Notes: generated by a model from the letters alone, not told the origin. Shown: positions 23,254 to 34,358, counted from the stretch's first letter. The stretch is 64,000 nucleotides of DNA from Prochlorococcus sp. AG-679-M23 (GCA_003208875.1 QCUR01000005.1:1-64000); one strand, 5' to 3'. Translations and numbers: made by a program.

Positions 23254-23964
23254 ATGGATTCTGCTGCAATAAACTCCTTTATACCTACTCTTGATCAGGT
23301 TGATAGTTGGTCAGAAATTCTTACACTTTTACCGATATTGATTATTTTAGAATTGTTGCTATCAGCAGATAACGCCATTGCTTTAGCTTCACTAACTAAA
23401 TCTCTTGATAGTCCTTTATTACGATCTAAAGCTTTAAATATAGGCATAACTATTTCTTTATTATTCAGAATATTTCTTATTCTCCTATCAAATATTCTTC
23501 TGAAATTTATAATAATTCGTATCTTCGCAGGTTTATATCTTATTTATTTATTTATTTCAAATGTGTTTTTTAGTAGCGAAGCAGACACTCAAGAATCAGA
23601 AGATGATAAAAAGAATAACAATTTTAAATTTCTAAAGATTGTTGCTTTGCTTTCATTGACTGATTTCGCATTTTCTATTGACAGCATTACAACAGCTGTT
23701 GCCATAAGTGATCAATATATTCTTATTATTTTTGGAGCAATTATAGGTGTATTAGCATTGCGATTTACTTCAGGCATATTCCTAAGTCTTTTAGAGAAAT
23801 TTTTAAGATTAGAAACTGCTGGTTACATTGCCATACTAATTGTAGGGATAAAGCTTCTTCTAAATACATTAATTACGGAGGCAATTCTTCCAGATTATTA
23901 TTTTTATATCTTGATATTTATTTCTTTCATATGGGGTTTGTCCAAAAGGGATAAAATAACTTAG
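23254..23964 (+). CDS. TerC family membrane protein
   Basis: LELLLSADNA, DFAFSIDSI motifs. Confidence 0.92.
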   Translation: MDSAAINSFIPTLDQVDSWSEILTLLPILIILELLLSADNAIALASLTKSLDSPLLRSKALNIGITISLLFRIFLILLSNILLKFIIIRIFAGLYLIYLFISNVFFSSEADTQESEDDKKNNNFKFLKIVALLSLTDFAFSIDSITTAVAISDQYILIIFGAIIGVLALRFTSGIFLSLLEKFLRLETAGYIAILIVGIKLLLNTLITEAILPDYYFYILIFISFIWGLSKRDKIT

Positions 23965-24947
23965 TCAGAAAATTTTTCTCCAATTACAGGATTTAATTGT
24001 TGTATCAATTGATTTTTACTAGAAACGTTTTTCCCTTCTAGTTTTGCTTCTAATAAAAGAATTGGATCAGTTTTTGTTGTTATAATAATTCCTACGTTTT
24101 CTATAAGGCCAATAATTAATCCTGGATTTAATACATTACTTATAATTTTATAATTTTTATTTTCTATTTCATCAGTTTTTAGGATTCTAATTTTTGTTAT
24201 TTTGAGGTTTTTCCGTTTATAAGTTGTATTGGCTCTTGGGTATAAAGCATTTATTTTTCTATAAATATCAGTTGATGAATTTTCCCAATTTATTATGTAA
24301 TCTAATTTGTTAATCATTCTTGCATATTTTAATTCTCTTTTAAAATCTGTTTGTTTTTTAAGTAAAAGATTAATATCTTTATTTTTGCTTTTTTCTATGT
24401 CTGATATCGCTATCAAAAATAATTCTGATGATAAATCACTTAATTTTTTAGTTAATGTTTTAAGATTATCCTTATCATTAATTTGTATTTGTTTTTCCAC
24501 TAATACGTCTCCAGTATCTAATCCTTCTTCCATTTTCATTATTCCTACACCAGTGAATTTATCTCCTTCTAATATTGACCATTGAATTGGCGCAGCACCC
24601 CTCCATCTTGGAAGTAGTGAAGCATGTGCATTCCATGATTTGTATTTAGGAATATCTAATATTGCTTTGGGTAATATCTTTCCATAGGCAATTACAATAA
24701 AAAGATCACAAGATAAATCTTTAATTCTACTTATAAATTGAATATTGTCCTTTATTTTTTCCGGTGTAAAAACTTGTATATTTTCCTTAGTAGCATATTC
24801 CTTTACTGGTGTTGATATTAATTTATTTCCTCGAGATCTTTTTTTATCTGGTTGTGTAATTACAGCAACAATATCATGATCTGATTTATTTAATACTTCA
24901 AGAGTTTTAACTGAATATTCAGGAGTACCCCAAAATATAATTCTCAC
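23961..24947 (-). CDS. fmt: Methionyl-tRNA formyltransferase
   Basis: IIFWGTPEY, HASLLPRWRGAAPIQ, GLDTGD. Confidence 0.98.
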   Translation of the reverse strand: MRIIFWGTPEYSVKTLEVLNKSDHDIVAVITQPDKKRSRGNKLISTPVKEYATKENIQVFTPEKIKDNIQFISRIKDLSCDLFIVIAYGKILPKAILDIPKYKSWNAHASLLPRWRGAAPIQWSILEGDKFTGVGIMKMEEGLDTGDVLVEKQIQINDKDNLKTLTKKLSDLSSELFLIAISDIEKSKNKDINLLLKKQTDFKRELKYARMINKLDYIINWENSSTDIYRKINALYPRANTTYKRKNLKITKIRILKTDEIENKNYKIISNVLNPGLIIGLIENVGIIITTKTDPILLLEAKLEGKNVSSKNQLIQQLNPVIGEKFSD

Positions 24948-26296
24948 TCGTCACCAGTTATAGATAATTCATTAATCCATACATGTGGAGAGATTCCACT
25001 TGTAGTTAGTTCTTTTTCATTTTCAATATTTACTATATTTTTTAGAAGATACTTTATATCTCCTGCAACAGTTGCTGATTCAATGGAACGTTTTTCCCCA
25101 TTTCTATAAAGCCATCCCTCAAAAGGAAGAGAAAAAGACCCTTGACTAGCTCTAACTCCTGCATGAATCGCATTTAATTCTTCAATATATACAAAAACTC
25201 CTTGATAATTTGTATGAACCAAAGACTTGTTTAAATCCGAACATTCATTTGATTTTTCAATTACTAACCAATCTGGAGATACTGATACTTTTGAACCAAG
25301 TCCAGCATGCCCTGTAGGTATGGTATTAAAAATTTTTGCAGTTGATTCCGAATGTATAAAGTTTTCTAATTTCCCTTTCTTAATTAAGCTTAGTTTTTTT
25401 GTTGGAGTCCCTTCACCATCGAATGGTGCAGAAGATATATTTTTATCATTAAGTCCATCATCGTAGATATTCAAAGCTGGAATTGAAATCAACTCACCAA
25501 TCGAGTTTTTATCTGAAAGACTTACACCGTCAATAATACTTCTAGCATTGAAGATTGAACTAAAGGCATTCATTATTGTTAGAAATGCTTCAGGTGATAG
25601 ACAAACTAAATACTTAGCTGTTTTGATTGATGAGTAGTCTAAATGTGCAATTGTTTTCTTTGCTGCCTCTTTAATACAGGATTCAATATCAATGTCCTCA
25701 ACACCGTATCCTAGTTTTACTGAACCTGAACTACGAGGTTTTTTATCTTTTTCTTCTGCTCTGGCATATAAATATATAGCAGCTTGACTTTTACTATAAT
25801 TTCTAAATGCCCCATCACTGTTAGCATAAATTCTTTCATAAAAACTTTCTGACAATCCGTTGTAAGGAATAGATTTAATAGCCTCATGACTATCGATTAG
25901 CTTAGATTCAGCCTCTCTAAGAATTTTAAGTAGCTTTTTAATTCCTAACGGATTTTTTTTATCAACTTCTTTTACTTGTATAGGATCTTTGGCTAAGGGA
26001 GAAAAATCAGTAAATTCATTTTTATTCCCAAATTCTGAAGCTATATTAGCTTGTCTTAAAGCTTTTTTAATACCTGTTTCACTTAGATCACTTGTAGTCG
26101 TGATACCAACTAAGTTATCTTTATTCCAAACTCTTAATGTTATAACTTGTTTTTGAGATGCTTTTAACTGTTTCGCTGCTCCTCTATCAACTTGAACAGA
26201 ATAATCATTAGAAAAACTAGCACCGTAATCCCATTTATCAATATTTAGCATATCTGCAGCCGTTGATATTTGAGTTGTTATTTCTGTAGGATTCAT
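24944..26296 (-). CDS. pmbA: TldE/PmbA family protein
   Basis: PFDGEG motif, no HExxH, downstream of tldD. Confidence 0.9.
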   Translation of the reverse strand: MNPTEITTQISTAADMLNIDKWDYGASFSNDYSVQVDRGAAKQLKASQKQVITLRVWNKDNLVGITTTSDLSETGIKKALRQANIASEFGNKNEFTDFSPLAKDPIQVKEVDKKNPLGIKKLLKILREAESKLIDSHEAIKSIPYNGLSESFYERIYANSDGAFRNYSKSQAAIYLYARAEEKDKKPRSSGSVKLGYGVEDIDIESCIKEAAKKTIAHLDYSSIKTAKYLVCLSPEAFLTIMNAFSSIFNARSIIDGVSLSDKNSIGELISIPALNIYDDGLNDKNISSAPFDGEGTPTKKLSLIKKGKLENFIHSESTAKIFNTIPTGHAGLGSKVSVSPDWLVIEKSNECSDLNKSLVHTNYQGVFVYIEELNAIHAGVRASQGSFSLPFEGWLYRNGEKRSIESATVAGDIKYLLKNIVNIENEKELTTSGISPHVWINELSITGDE

Positions 26297-26298
26297 TG

Positions 26299-27723
26299 TT
26301 ATCTCCCCCCTACTGTTATTGAATCAACTTTAATATGTGGCTGACCAACTGTTACATTAACGCTTCCGCTAACTGAACCACAAAAACCAGGAGCTAACTC
26401 TAAATCATTTCCACACATAGATATTTTAGGCATTACTTCTTTCGCGTCACCTATCAATGTTGCTCCTTTTACTGGTTTAGTTAATTTACCGTTCTTTATT
26501 AAATAACCTTCCTCAACAGCGAAATTAAATTGACCTGTCGCTCCTACACTTCCACCACCCATTGACTTACAGTAAAGCCCATCGCTAATACTATTTATTA
26601 ATTCTTCTTTAGTGTATTCACCTTTAGCTATATAAGTGTTTCGCATTCTTGATGCAGCAGCGAATGAGTAATTTTGCCTTCTACCACTACCGGTTCTTTT
26701 GTGACCAGTCCTTAATTCACCAGCTCTGTCGGAAAGAAATTTCTTTAATATACCATCTTTAATAAGGATTGATTTTTCTGGTTCCATTCCTTCATCATCA
26801 ATAGATAATGATCCAAAAGATCCTTCAGAAAGGCCCTCATCTATTGCCGTCACAGAATCGTGAGCTATTTTTTCATTCAGCTTATTACTAAATGGAGTTG
26901 TTCCACGTTCAATCTGAGTTGTTTCAAGTAAGTGCCCACAAGCTTCATGAAATATAACGCCACCGAATTTATTAGCTAATACAACTGGCATTTGTCCAGC
27001 TTGAACATAGTCTGCGTACAACATATTCATTGAACTTTCATAAACTTCATTTGCAGCTTTTTCATGATCCCATAATTTGAATTCATTAGGAATTCCTTGC
27101 GATCCAAATCTTCTACTCCCGTTCGATCTATATTGAGCGTCGGTAGCAATAATGTTAAGTCCAACCGTTTGATGCAGTCTTATGTCAGTAGCGTAAGTTC
27201 CATCACTTGAAGCTATTATTACTTCTTGCCAATTTCTTGCGTAACTTCCTTTTCTAACTACTACTTTCTTATCTTTTTTTAATGATTTAGTGCTAAGTAA
27301 TAATTTTTCGCTTACTTCATTTATTGTGGGTGTTTCATTAAGCCAATCAATTTTTGACTTACTATAGTCTTTTAGTTTTTCAAGTCCATTAAAAATTAAT
27401 TTATTAGTTTTTTTAGAGATATCTAACATTTCAATTGCTTGTGAAATAGATCTCATTAATCCATGTTTTGACAAGTCATTAGTGCTCACAAAACCATCTC
27501 TCTTGTCTTTAAATATTCTTATTCCAGCTCCTTTGCTGAATGATGGACTTACATTTGTAATAAAATCTTCTTCTGCGAGAACACTAGAATTATCAGAGTT
27601 TTCAATAAATAATTCTACAAAATCAGCACCTAGGGATATGCCATAGAAGATGACTTCTTCTAGAAGTTTTTTATTACATTCACCAAATCTAATTTCGGAA
27701 GGTTTAATACTCGCAGATACCAT
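26299..27723 (-). CDS. tldD: TldD metalloprotease
   Basis: HEACGHLLE, DDEG, RMRNT, C-terminal FCGS. Confidence 0.93.
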   Translation of the reverse strand: MVSASIKPSEIRFGECNKKLLEEVIFYGISLGADFVELFIENSDNSSVLAEEDFITNVSPSFSKGAGIRIFKDKRDGFVSTNDLSKHGLMRSISQAIEMLDISKKTNKLIFNGLEKLKDYSKSKIDWLNETPTINEVSEKLLLSTKSLKKDKKVVVRKGSYARNWQEVIIASSDGTYATDIRLHQTVGLNIIATDAQYRSNGSRRFGSQGIPNEFKLWDHEKAANEVYESSMNMLYADYVQAGQMPVVLANKFGGVIFHEACGHLLETTQIERGTTPFSNKLNEKIAHDSVTAIDEGLSEGSFGSLSIDDEGMEPEKSILIKDGILKKFLSDRAGELRTGHKRTGSGRRQNYSFAAASRMRNTYIAKGEYTKEELINSISDGLYCKSMGGGSVGATGQFNFAVEEGYLIKNGKLTKPVKGATLIGDAKEVMPKISMCGNDLELAPGFCGSVSGSVNVTVGQPHIKVDSITVGGR

Positions 27724-27760
27724 TTGAATCTTATAACTTTAGCTCTTTGTTAAGGTCAGA

Positions 27761-28933
27761 TTATCTAATTGATGGTTGAAAATCATTACTTTCAAGAGGT
27801 TTTAATAAGTATAGTCTTATCAGTTGATAACCGTTTGAAATAAAGATGGGTAATTTAGATAAAACTTTAATTACATTTGGCTTATCTTTCTTATCTATTT
27901 TTGATAAGCGAGTACCATTCTCAACTATTCTGTCTAATCTTTTGTAAAAAGATTTATGATATACATTCAGAACAACAGGAAATACTTTGGCTGAGGTCTC
28001 ATTTGTTTTGTTTATGACAAATTGGTCATATTCTCTAGCGTTTAAACCTAGTGCTCCATAAAAATCTCTTTTGGTGCCAAGATCTCTTATGTACATAGTT
28101 GCAAAAACAGCTAGTAGAAAAAATCTAGACCATAATTTAGAAACTATAGGATGATTATTTAAAAAATATCTAAATCTATGGTAATAATCAAAAATTGGAT
28201 GTTTAACGGTATAACCAAAGATCTCAAATTTCTGGCTTAAACTTTTAACCGTTCGAGGTTGTGCTCTCATTAATGCATCAAAAAAATCACCATGCCTATT
28301 TTCATCTTGACACCAATTTTCAAAGAAATTAAATAATGGAAAAATCTTACCACTAGGATTTTTTTCAAGGTGCCTATAAATTGCTATATATCTCCAATAT
28401 CCAATTTTTTCAGATATGTAGGTAGCATAAAAAATTGCTCTTGGAGCAAAATAAGTGTAATCCTTGTTGGCTGTTAGAAATCCTAAATCTAACTGTAATC
28501 CGAAGTCATTCATTGATTTGTTCAAAAATCCTGCATGCCTTGCCTCATCCCTAGCCATATGAGCAAAACATTCAGCAAGAAGTGGATTCTTGTCTTTTAT
28601 CCTTTTACTTAATTCTTTGTATAATAGAAATCCTGAAAATTCAGATGTACAACTTCCTTCCAGAAAATCTACAAAAAGCTCCCTAGTTTCAGTATCTAAT
28701 TTATCTGCCGCCCCCTCAAATTCTTTATTTCGTACAAAGTGATGTCTATTATAATCTTTTCTAAATTCTTCACATATTGCCTCCAATTCTTCTTCATTAA
28801 TGGATAAATCCATTTTTTCCATTGCTTCAAAATCTGTCGTGTAAAAATTTGGAGTTAATATCGTATCCTTTGCAATATCCTTCCCTCTATTAACAGATTT
28901 TTTATTATTTGATTCAATAGTTTGTTGTGCCAT
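27761..28933 (-). CDS. acsF: Mg-protoporphyrin IX monomethyl ester oxidative cyclase
   Basis: [23 protein letters not shown] di-iron motifs. Confidence 0.97.
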   Translation of the reverse strand: MAQQTIESNNKKSVNRGKDIAKDTILTPNFYTTDFEAMEKMDLSINEEELEAICEEFRKDYNRHHFVRNKEFEGAADKLDTETRELFVDFLEGSCTSEFSGFLLYKELSKRIKDKNPLLAECFAHMARDEARHAGFLNKSMNDFGLQLDLGFLTANKDYTYFAPRAIFYATYISEKIGYWRYIAIYRHLEKNPSGKIFPLFNFFENWCQDENRHGDFFDALMRAQPRTVKSLSQKFEIFGYTVKHPIFDYYHRFRYFLNNHPIVSKLWSRFFLLAVFATMYIRDLGTKRDFYGALGLNAREYDQFVINKTNETSAKVFPVVLNVYHKSFYKRLDRIVENGTRLSKIDKKDKPNVIKVLSKLPIFISNGYQLIRLYLLKPLESNDFQPSIR

Positions 28934-29016
28934 TTTCTCTAATTCGTTAATACTATTATTTACTATTTATTGTATTTTTGAGTAAAAAGTTAACTAGGTG
29001 TTATTCTTTCCTTTTT

Positions 29017-29568
29017 TTAATTAATGCCAATTAATTTTTGTCCATTTAATCTTTGCAGAATTCTAGAAATAATTAATTTGAGGGTTATTCTTTTTTCATC
29101 TATTAAAAATGATTCAATTACACTTGGTTTTTGATCAGATTTGCATAATGAAATACTTTTTAACGAGCTTATGTCGTCTTTTTCAAATGATAGCCAAAAG
29201 TTGCAAATGTCTTTTATTTCGCAAAAAATAACCCAACATTTATCACCAGCAATTGGTCTTGATGTGTTTTTTAAATTTATATCTGCAACTTCTAATCCTC
29301 TTACTTTAAATTCCTGAATAATGGAAGGTAATAAATGATCGTTAATAAATTCATTAAAAGGTTTTTTTTCAATAGGAAGTTCCTTTTTGGGTTTTATTTT
29401 TATCGGTATTGAATTTTCGTCCCCAATATTTTGTTTATTAGAATCTTGTGAATTTGTATTAATTGAAGTTGATTTTTCTTTTGGGGTGTCAATATCTATA
29501 AAGTCTTTTTTTAATGAATCATCTCCCTCTTTACTATTTTCTTTTATCGAATCTACATTTTCTTCCAT
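29017..29568 (-). CDS. ndhV: DUF2996 / NdhV-like NDH-1 subunit
   Basis: KPF.EFI..HLLP, ESFLIDEKRIT..L..SR..QRLNGQK. Confidence 0.8.
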   Translation of the reverse strand: MEENVDSIKENSKEGDDSLKKDFIDIDTPKEKSTSINTNSQDSNKQNIGDENSIPIKIKPKKELPIEKKPFNEFINDHLLPSIIQEFKVRGLEVADINLKNTSRPIAGDKCWVIFCEIKDICNFWLSFEKDDISSLKSISLCKSDQKPSVIESFLIDEKRITLKLIISRILQRLNGQKLIGIN

Positions 29569-29646
29569 ATCAACAATTTAAATATCAAAAACTATTATAA
29601 ATATATTTTAACCTGTTTTAATCAATATTTTAAATTAACTATATTT

Positions 29647-30093
29647 TTACCATTCAGATACATTCTTGTTCCAATCATCATCGTATTGTGAAATATTAAT
29701 TGTCTGATTACTATCTTTTAATTCATTCTCACTATTATTTCTAATAACACGATAATTAACAGAAATCGTGGGTTGAGGTTCTCGTAAATCTCTCTCAGGA
29801 GCGATGTCGAATAGTTCATCATTATCATCTGGATAATCATTATCATCGGTTCTTTTATCATCACTTTCAAATATAGTTTTAGTTTTAACGTTATTGCTGA
29901 GTGATTTCTGTAATAGAGAACTCATAAATACACCTGAAACAAAGGAAATACATATTAATCTACCTATTTCTACATTTTGAATATTCCAAATGAAATATCT
30001 AAAAGAAGTTTTTTGTCTGTTATTTAATAATAATAATATTTGAATATTTATAATTAAAAAAATAATCAATATTAAATTCTTTTTTTTAATCAT
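29647..30093 (-). CDS. Hypothetical membrane protein (LapA/DUF1049-like N-terminus)
   Basis: Two TM segments, then acidic tail with PERDLREPQPTISVNYRVI. Confidence 0.7.
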   Translation of the reverse strand: MIKKKNLILIIFLIINIQILLLLNNRQKTSFRYFIWNIQNVEIGRLICISFVSGVFMSSLLQKSLSNNVKTKTIFESDDKRTDDNDYPDDNDELFDIAPERDLREPQPTISVNYRVIRNNSENELKDSNQTINISQYDDDWNKNVSEW

Positions 30094-30155
30094 TTTAAAA
30101 GTAAATTATCTTGGATATTTGAATAAAGATTTGGTAACTAATAGATTCTTGATCA

Positions 30156-32375
30156 CTAAACTAATTCAAGATCTATTTGATATTTTAGAATATCTACTTT
30201 TATAATCTTGATATCTATTACATCACCTATCTTGTATGATTTTTTTGATTTTCTTCCAATTAATAGATTTTGCCTAGATCTATATTCGTACCAATCATTA
30301 TTAAGCGTACTTACATGTACTAAACCTTCAACATATAATTCTGGAATCTCTACAAAAAATCCATAACTTTGCACTGTCATTATTAACCCACTATATATAT
30401 TTCCTATATATTTTTCGGCTTTCCTTACTTGTTTTATACTTATCATATTAGATTTAAACTGTCTAACTTTATTCTTATACTCATTAATTTTATCGATCAT
30501 TACATTATTAAATATTAGATCAAGAGATTTTAATGTTGATGAATTATATAGACGCCAATTAACACTTTTCCAAGATTCTTTTTCCATAATATTTATCAAA
30601 TTCCCATTACTATTTTTATTTTTTTTTCCATTAATTATCATATTATAAATATTATATTGATTAATTAAATTAGTAAAATCAAATGAGGGTAATGTCCAAG
30701 GTGAAATAATATTTTTAGAATCATTTATAGAATTATCTTTAGAAATTAATGTTACTTCATTATCCCTAACAACATTAAATAATATTTTATGCAAGATTCT
30801 TTTTTTATTATCATCAGTGCATAACTCAACTAATTTTTTAAATGATAGAGTCCCATTTTCATTAAGTTCGATATTACTATCAATTAATTCTGAATTTTTT
30901 ATAATTTCAGTGACATTTATATAATCTAATTTTTGAGAAATATATGATGCATTATTTAAGCCATAATTATTTGAATGATTGAACCATATTGAATTCGCCT
31001 CGTACAACAAAGGAGAAAGATATGTTTGGATGTCATTATTATTTAACGGTTCAAAATATTCCTTTGAGAACTCAGCTGGGTTGTGAACTAATAATTCTTT
31101 TAATGATTCAATATTATTATTCGACTTCGATAATTCAATTTTCCCATTCAATAATTGTTTCTTTCTAAATTCATTTGAGATTTCTATTATTTTTTCTAAA
31201 TCTTCTATGTAGTCTTTAATTGGTTTAAGTATTCTTGAAGTGATTCGAGTATTACTTTTTCTAGTTAGAAGAGCATCTATGTGCTGATTTTCGACTAAGA
31301 GTGAACATTTCACCTTTGTTAAGTGGAACGACCAATTAATTATTTCATTTTCACTATTCATTTCAATACACAAACTAATAGCATCATTTATTTCGTTTGT
31401 ATTAAATTTTGCAGCATTACATATTTCATCACTAAGATAGTTTTGCCATTTTTCTATTAAGGGAAATGACTCAAATCTATCAAAGAACATTTGTAAGGAT
31501 TTCTTATTACTTAGATCTAATCTTTCTGCAATTGTATTGGTGTGTATCCAAAGTCTATGGGTTTTGTCTCTATTTTTGTCTATTTGAAAAATTGGCAGTA
31601 TTGGTGAATTTTCAGTTTTCCAACTTTTGAACATATATGAATTTTTACTTGATAGATCTAGTCTTTTTTGTTGATTGTCAACAGTAAGCTTTGGATTTTG
31701 AAATTTAGCAATTCTATGAATATTGCTTTTAGATAATACGAAATCTATATCTAGCTTTTCGTTATTATTTAATTTTAACTCCTTTATGACATGACCAATA
31801 CCTTCTTGTTGGGCAATAGGGAATAAGTCAATTTCAATTTTAACTATATTTTTATTATCAGAAATATATTTATATTTTTCATCTTTTTTGGGAAGCTTAA
31901 TTTTAGCTAGAATTCTGTCATCAATAGGTATTCCATATACTTCGTCCTTAATTATTTCGACTTTTGCTAACAGTATTTGATTAGTTCTTTCAACTATGCA
32001 ATCAACAACTCCTTCAGGTGATCTTCTTCTTACACCCTCTTTGATTATTCTTACTAAAACTTTATCTCCATTCCATGCATTGTTAAGTAAATTTTCTTTT
32101 ATGTAAATATCTTCATTATTATTTTCTCTAACTGCAAAGCAATAGCCTTTGCTACTACATCTAATTTTAGCAACTAAGTGATTACTCTCTTTGACGTTGA
32201 AATATTCATTATCTTTATTTTTATTTATTATTTCAAGTTCTTCTAATGCTCGCAATGCTATATCTAATTTGGCCTTGTCTGTTTTTTTTGATAATTTTAA
32301 TAATCTGCATAATTTCTTATATTCCAAACCTTCTTCTCGGTTTAAATTTTCAATTATTGAAGAGGTTGAAAACAT
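30156..32375 (-). CDS. RNase R/II-like protein (CSD-RNB-S1) with degenerate active site
   Basis: Cold-shock domain (SSKGYCF, AWNGDKVLV), C-terminal S1 (VQSYGFFVE..EGLVHVSTL). Confidence 0.88.
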   Translation of the reverse strand: MFSTSSIIENLNREEGLEYKKLCRLLKLSKKTDKAKLDIALRALEELEIINKNKDNEYFNVKESNHLVAKIRCSSKGYCFAVRENNNEDIYIKENLLNNAWNGDKVLVRIIKEGVRRRSPEGVVDCIVERTNQILLAKVEIIKDEVYGIPIDDRILAKIKLPKKDEKYKYISDNKNIVKIEIDLFPIAQQEGIGHVIKELKLNNNEKLDIDFVLSKSNIHRIAKFQNPKLTVDNQQKRLDLSSKNSYMFKSWKTENSPILPIFQIDKNRDKTHRLWIHTNTIAERLDLSNKKSLQMFFDRFESFPLIEKWQNYLSDEICNAAKFNTNEINDAISLCIEMNSENEIINWSFHLTKVKCSLLVENQHIDALLTRKSNTRITSRILKPIKDYIEDLEKIIEISNEFRKKQLLNGKIELSKSNNNIESLKELLVHNPAEFSKEYFEPLNNNDIQTYLSPLLYEANSIWFNHSNNYGLNNASYISQKLDYINVTEIIKNSELIDSNIELNENGTLSFKKLVELCTDDNKKRILHKILFNVVRDNEVTLISKDNSINDSKNIISPWTLPSFDFTNLINQYNIYNMIINGKKNKNSNGNLINIMEKESWKSVNWRLYNSSTLKSLDLIFNNVMIDKINEYKNKVRQFKSNMISIKQVRKAEKYIGNIYSGLIMTVQSYGFFVEIPELYVEGLVHVSTLNNDWYEYRSRQNLLIGRKSKKSYKIGDVIDIKIIKVDILKYQIDLELV

Positions 32376-32455
32376 AATATTTTTTAATTTTTAATTAACA
32401 CATAACATTTATTCATATTATATCTTTCTTTCTAATCAAAAAACGATTAAATATT

Positions 32456-32755
32456 TCATTTATCATTATCATATTCGTTTGAAGTAAATGAATTTATGAA
32501 AAGTCTAATACCAATAATAAAAAAGGTTATTGATGCTATTGATTTTAAGATGATTTCAGGTAAAAAATTCGATATTGATCCACCTGCTAGGGCTCCTACT
32601 AAACTGGCTAATACTAGAGCTGATGAGGAACCTAAAAATACCGCTAGAGGTTTATTGGATGTCCCACTCATTGTTAAAGTAGCTAATTGCGTTTTGTCAC
32701 CTAGTTCGGCAATAAATATTGTTAAGAATGTTGATAATAGTAAACTTAAAATCAT
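32456..32755 (-). CDS. UPF0016/TMEM165/GDT1 half-size protein
   Basis: Single AELGDKTQ motif, three TM segments. Confidence 0.92.
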   Translation of the reverse strand: MILSLLLSTFLTIFIAELGDKTQLATLTMSGTSNKPLAVFLGSSSALVLASLVGALAGGSISNFLPEIILKSIASITFFIIGIRLFINSFTSNEYDNDK

Positions 32756-33082
32756 TTATAAAATGGGCATTAAAATGTCATAAGCTAAAAATATACTTAT
32801 GATCATCATCAATAAACCTGTAAAAAACGCAAATTTGTTTGGAGATATTTTATTTGACAACCATTTTCCAATTAATACACCTACTAGGCTTGAACTTATT
32901 AAAGCTATTGAACTTCCGATAAAAACAATAATTGGTTTTCCAGATTCTGCAGATAACATTAAAGTCGCTATTTGAGTTTTATCTCCCAATTCAGCGATAA
33001 AAATAGTAGTAAAAGTTGTTATAAAAATAGATGAAAAATTCTTTTCAATATTTTTGTCTTCTTTTTTTATATTAATATTCAT
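32756..33082 (-). CDS. UPF0016/TMEM165/GDT1 half-size protein
   Basis: Single AELGDKTQ motif, three TM segments. Confidence 0.92.
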   Translation of the reverse strand: MNINIKKEDKNIEKNFSSIFITTFTTIFIAELGDKTQIATLMLSAESGKPIIVFIGSSIALISSSLVGVLIGKWLSNKISPNKFAFFTGLLMMIISIFLAYDILMPIL

Positions 33083-33426
33083 TTTTTTGAAACAGCTGAT
33101 TTAAAGTCTTTCATTTGTTCACTTTTTCTTCCATAAATAGAAGATATATGTTGCGTACAACAATCAATTAAGAATTTATCACCATTTTTTAAATAATTTT
33201 TGAATGATGAAGAAAATTCATTTACACGGCAGAAATGTGGTCTTGATTCATAAATCATGCATTTTCTACTTGATCTATCTAAATATTTACACCATCCATC
33301 TTTGCTTTTCATGGAATTTATTAATGCTATATCATTATTACTAAGTACTCCTGATAAGTTATCTCTATCAGTTAAATCTAAATGGCAACAAGCCCCGCAA
33401 TTATCTATACAACTCCATGACTTCAT
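33079..33426 (-). CDS. YkgJ family cysteine-cluster protein
   Basis: CxxxCGACC, GWCKYLD, CMIYESRPHFCR. Confidence 0.9.
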   Translation of the reverse strand: MKSWSCIDNCGACCHLDLTDRDNLSGVLSNNDIALINSMKSKDGWCKYLDRSSRKCMIYESRPHFCRVNEFSSSFKNYLKNGDKFLIDCCTQHISSIYGRKSEQMKDFKSAVSKK

Positions 33427-33507
33427 AATTTAATTCAATCTTGTAACGTATTGGTACAGTTGAAAGGTTTATTTGTAAAAATAGTATCACATCATTTAAT
33501 TATTCAC

Positions 33508-33585
33508 ATGGCAACCCTTATTCCTTTAGCCGTCGTTGCGTTAGCTGGACCTGCAATAATTGCGCTTGTTTTTTTTCGCAAATAA
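33508..33585 (+). CDS. psb30: Photosystem II reaction centre protein Psb30/Ycf12
   Basis: Manual translation MATLIPLAVVALAGPAIIALVFFRK (AGP motif). Confidence 0.85.
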   Translation: MATLIPLAVVALAGPAIIALVFFRK

Positions 33586-33606
33586 AAATATATTCTTTAA
33601 CTCTTA

Positions 33607-34356
33607 GTGACTTACCTTGAGGGTGTTTATTGGGATTTAGATGGAACAATTGCTAATACTGAATTAGAAGCTCATTTGCCAGCTTTCAATTTTGCTTTTA
33701 ATGATTTCAATCTTAATTGGAATTGGGATATAACTACATATTTAGACCTTTTAAAAATAAATGGAGGTAAAAATAGAATTTCTTATTATTCAAAATTAAT
33801 AAATAAATCTTTGAATAATACAGAAGTAAAAGAAATTCATGAAAGAAAACAATATCACTATATTAATTATGTAAAAAAAAATAATGTGGTATCACTTAAA
33901 ACGGGTGTTTATAGATTAATTAAGGAATTAAAGAAAAAAAAAGTAAGACAATTTATTGTAACTTCAAGCTCTAAGAAGCAAGCCAAACTAATAATTAATC
34001 AATTATTTATAGAATTTAATCCATTTGAATTTATTATTTCAAGTGATGATGTTCACTTTCATAAACCAAACCCCTTACCTTACTTAAAAGCAATGAAATT
34101 AAGCGGTATAAAATTTAATAAATCTATAGTTTTTGAAGATTCTATTCCTGGTCTTAAATCATCTTTAGCAGCTAAATTACCAACTATTTATGTTCCTTCA
34201 AATATACCTGCGGTTATTGAGAAGGATATGAATTTAGACTGTTTTGTAGATAGTCTGGGAAATGAAAGTTGTAAGGCTAATGTTATTAAAGGACCTAAAC
34301 TTGATAGTAATTATGTTGATTGCGCTTATTTGGAAAAATATTTGATGATATTTTAA
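33607..34356 (+). CDS. HAD hydrolase, CbbY-like
   Basis: WDLDGTIANTE..AH..AFN, GGKNRI, KPNP, FEDS. Confidence 0.9.
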   Translation: MTYLEGVYWDLDGTIANTELEAHLPAFNFAFNDFNLNWNWDITTYLDLLKINGGKNRISYYSKLINKSLNNTEVKEIHERKQYHYINYVKKNNVVSLKTGVYRLIKELKKKKVRQFIVTSSSKKQAKLIINQLFIEFNPFEFIISSDDVHFHKPNPLPYLKAMKLSGIKFNKSIVFEDSIPGLKSSLAAKLPTIYVPSNIPAVIEKDMNLDCFVDSLGNESCKANVIKGPKLDSNYVDCAYLEKYLMIF

Positions 34357-34358
34357 AA

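Noticed and set aside
33442..33458. TGTA-N9-TACA upstream of psb30 as an NtcA site
   Set aside because: Spacer is 9 nt rather than 8
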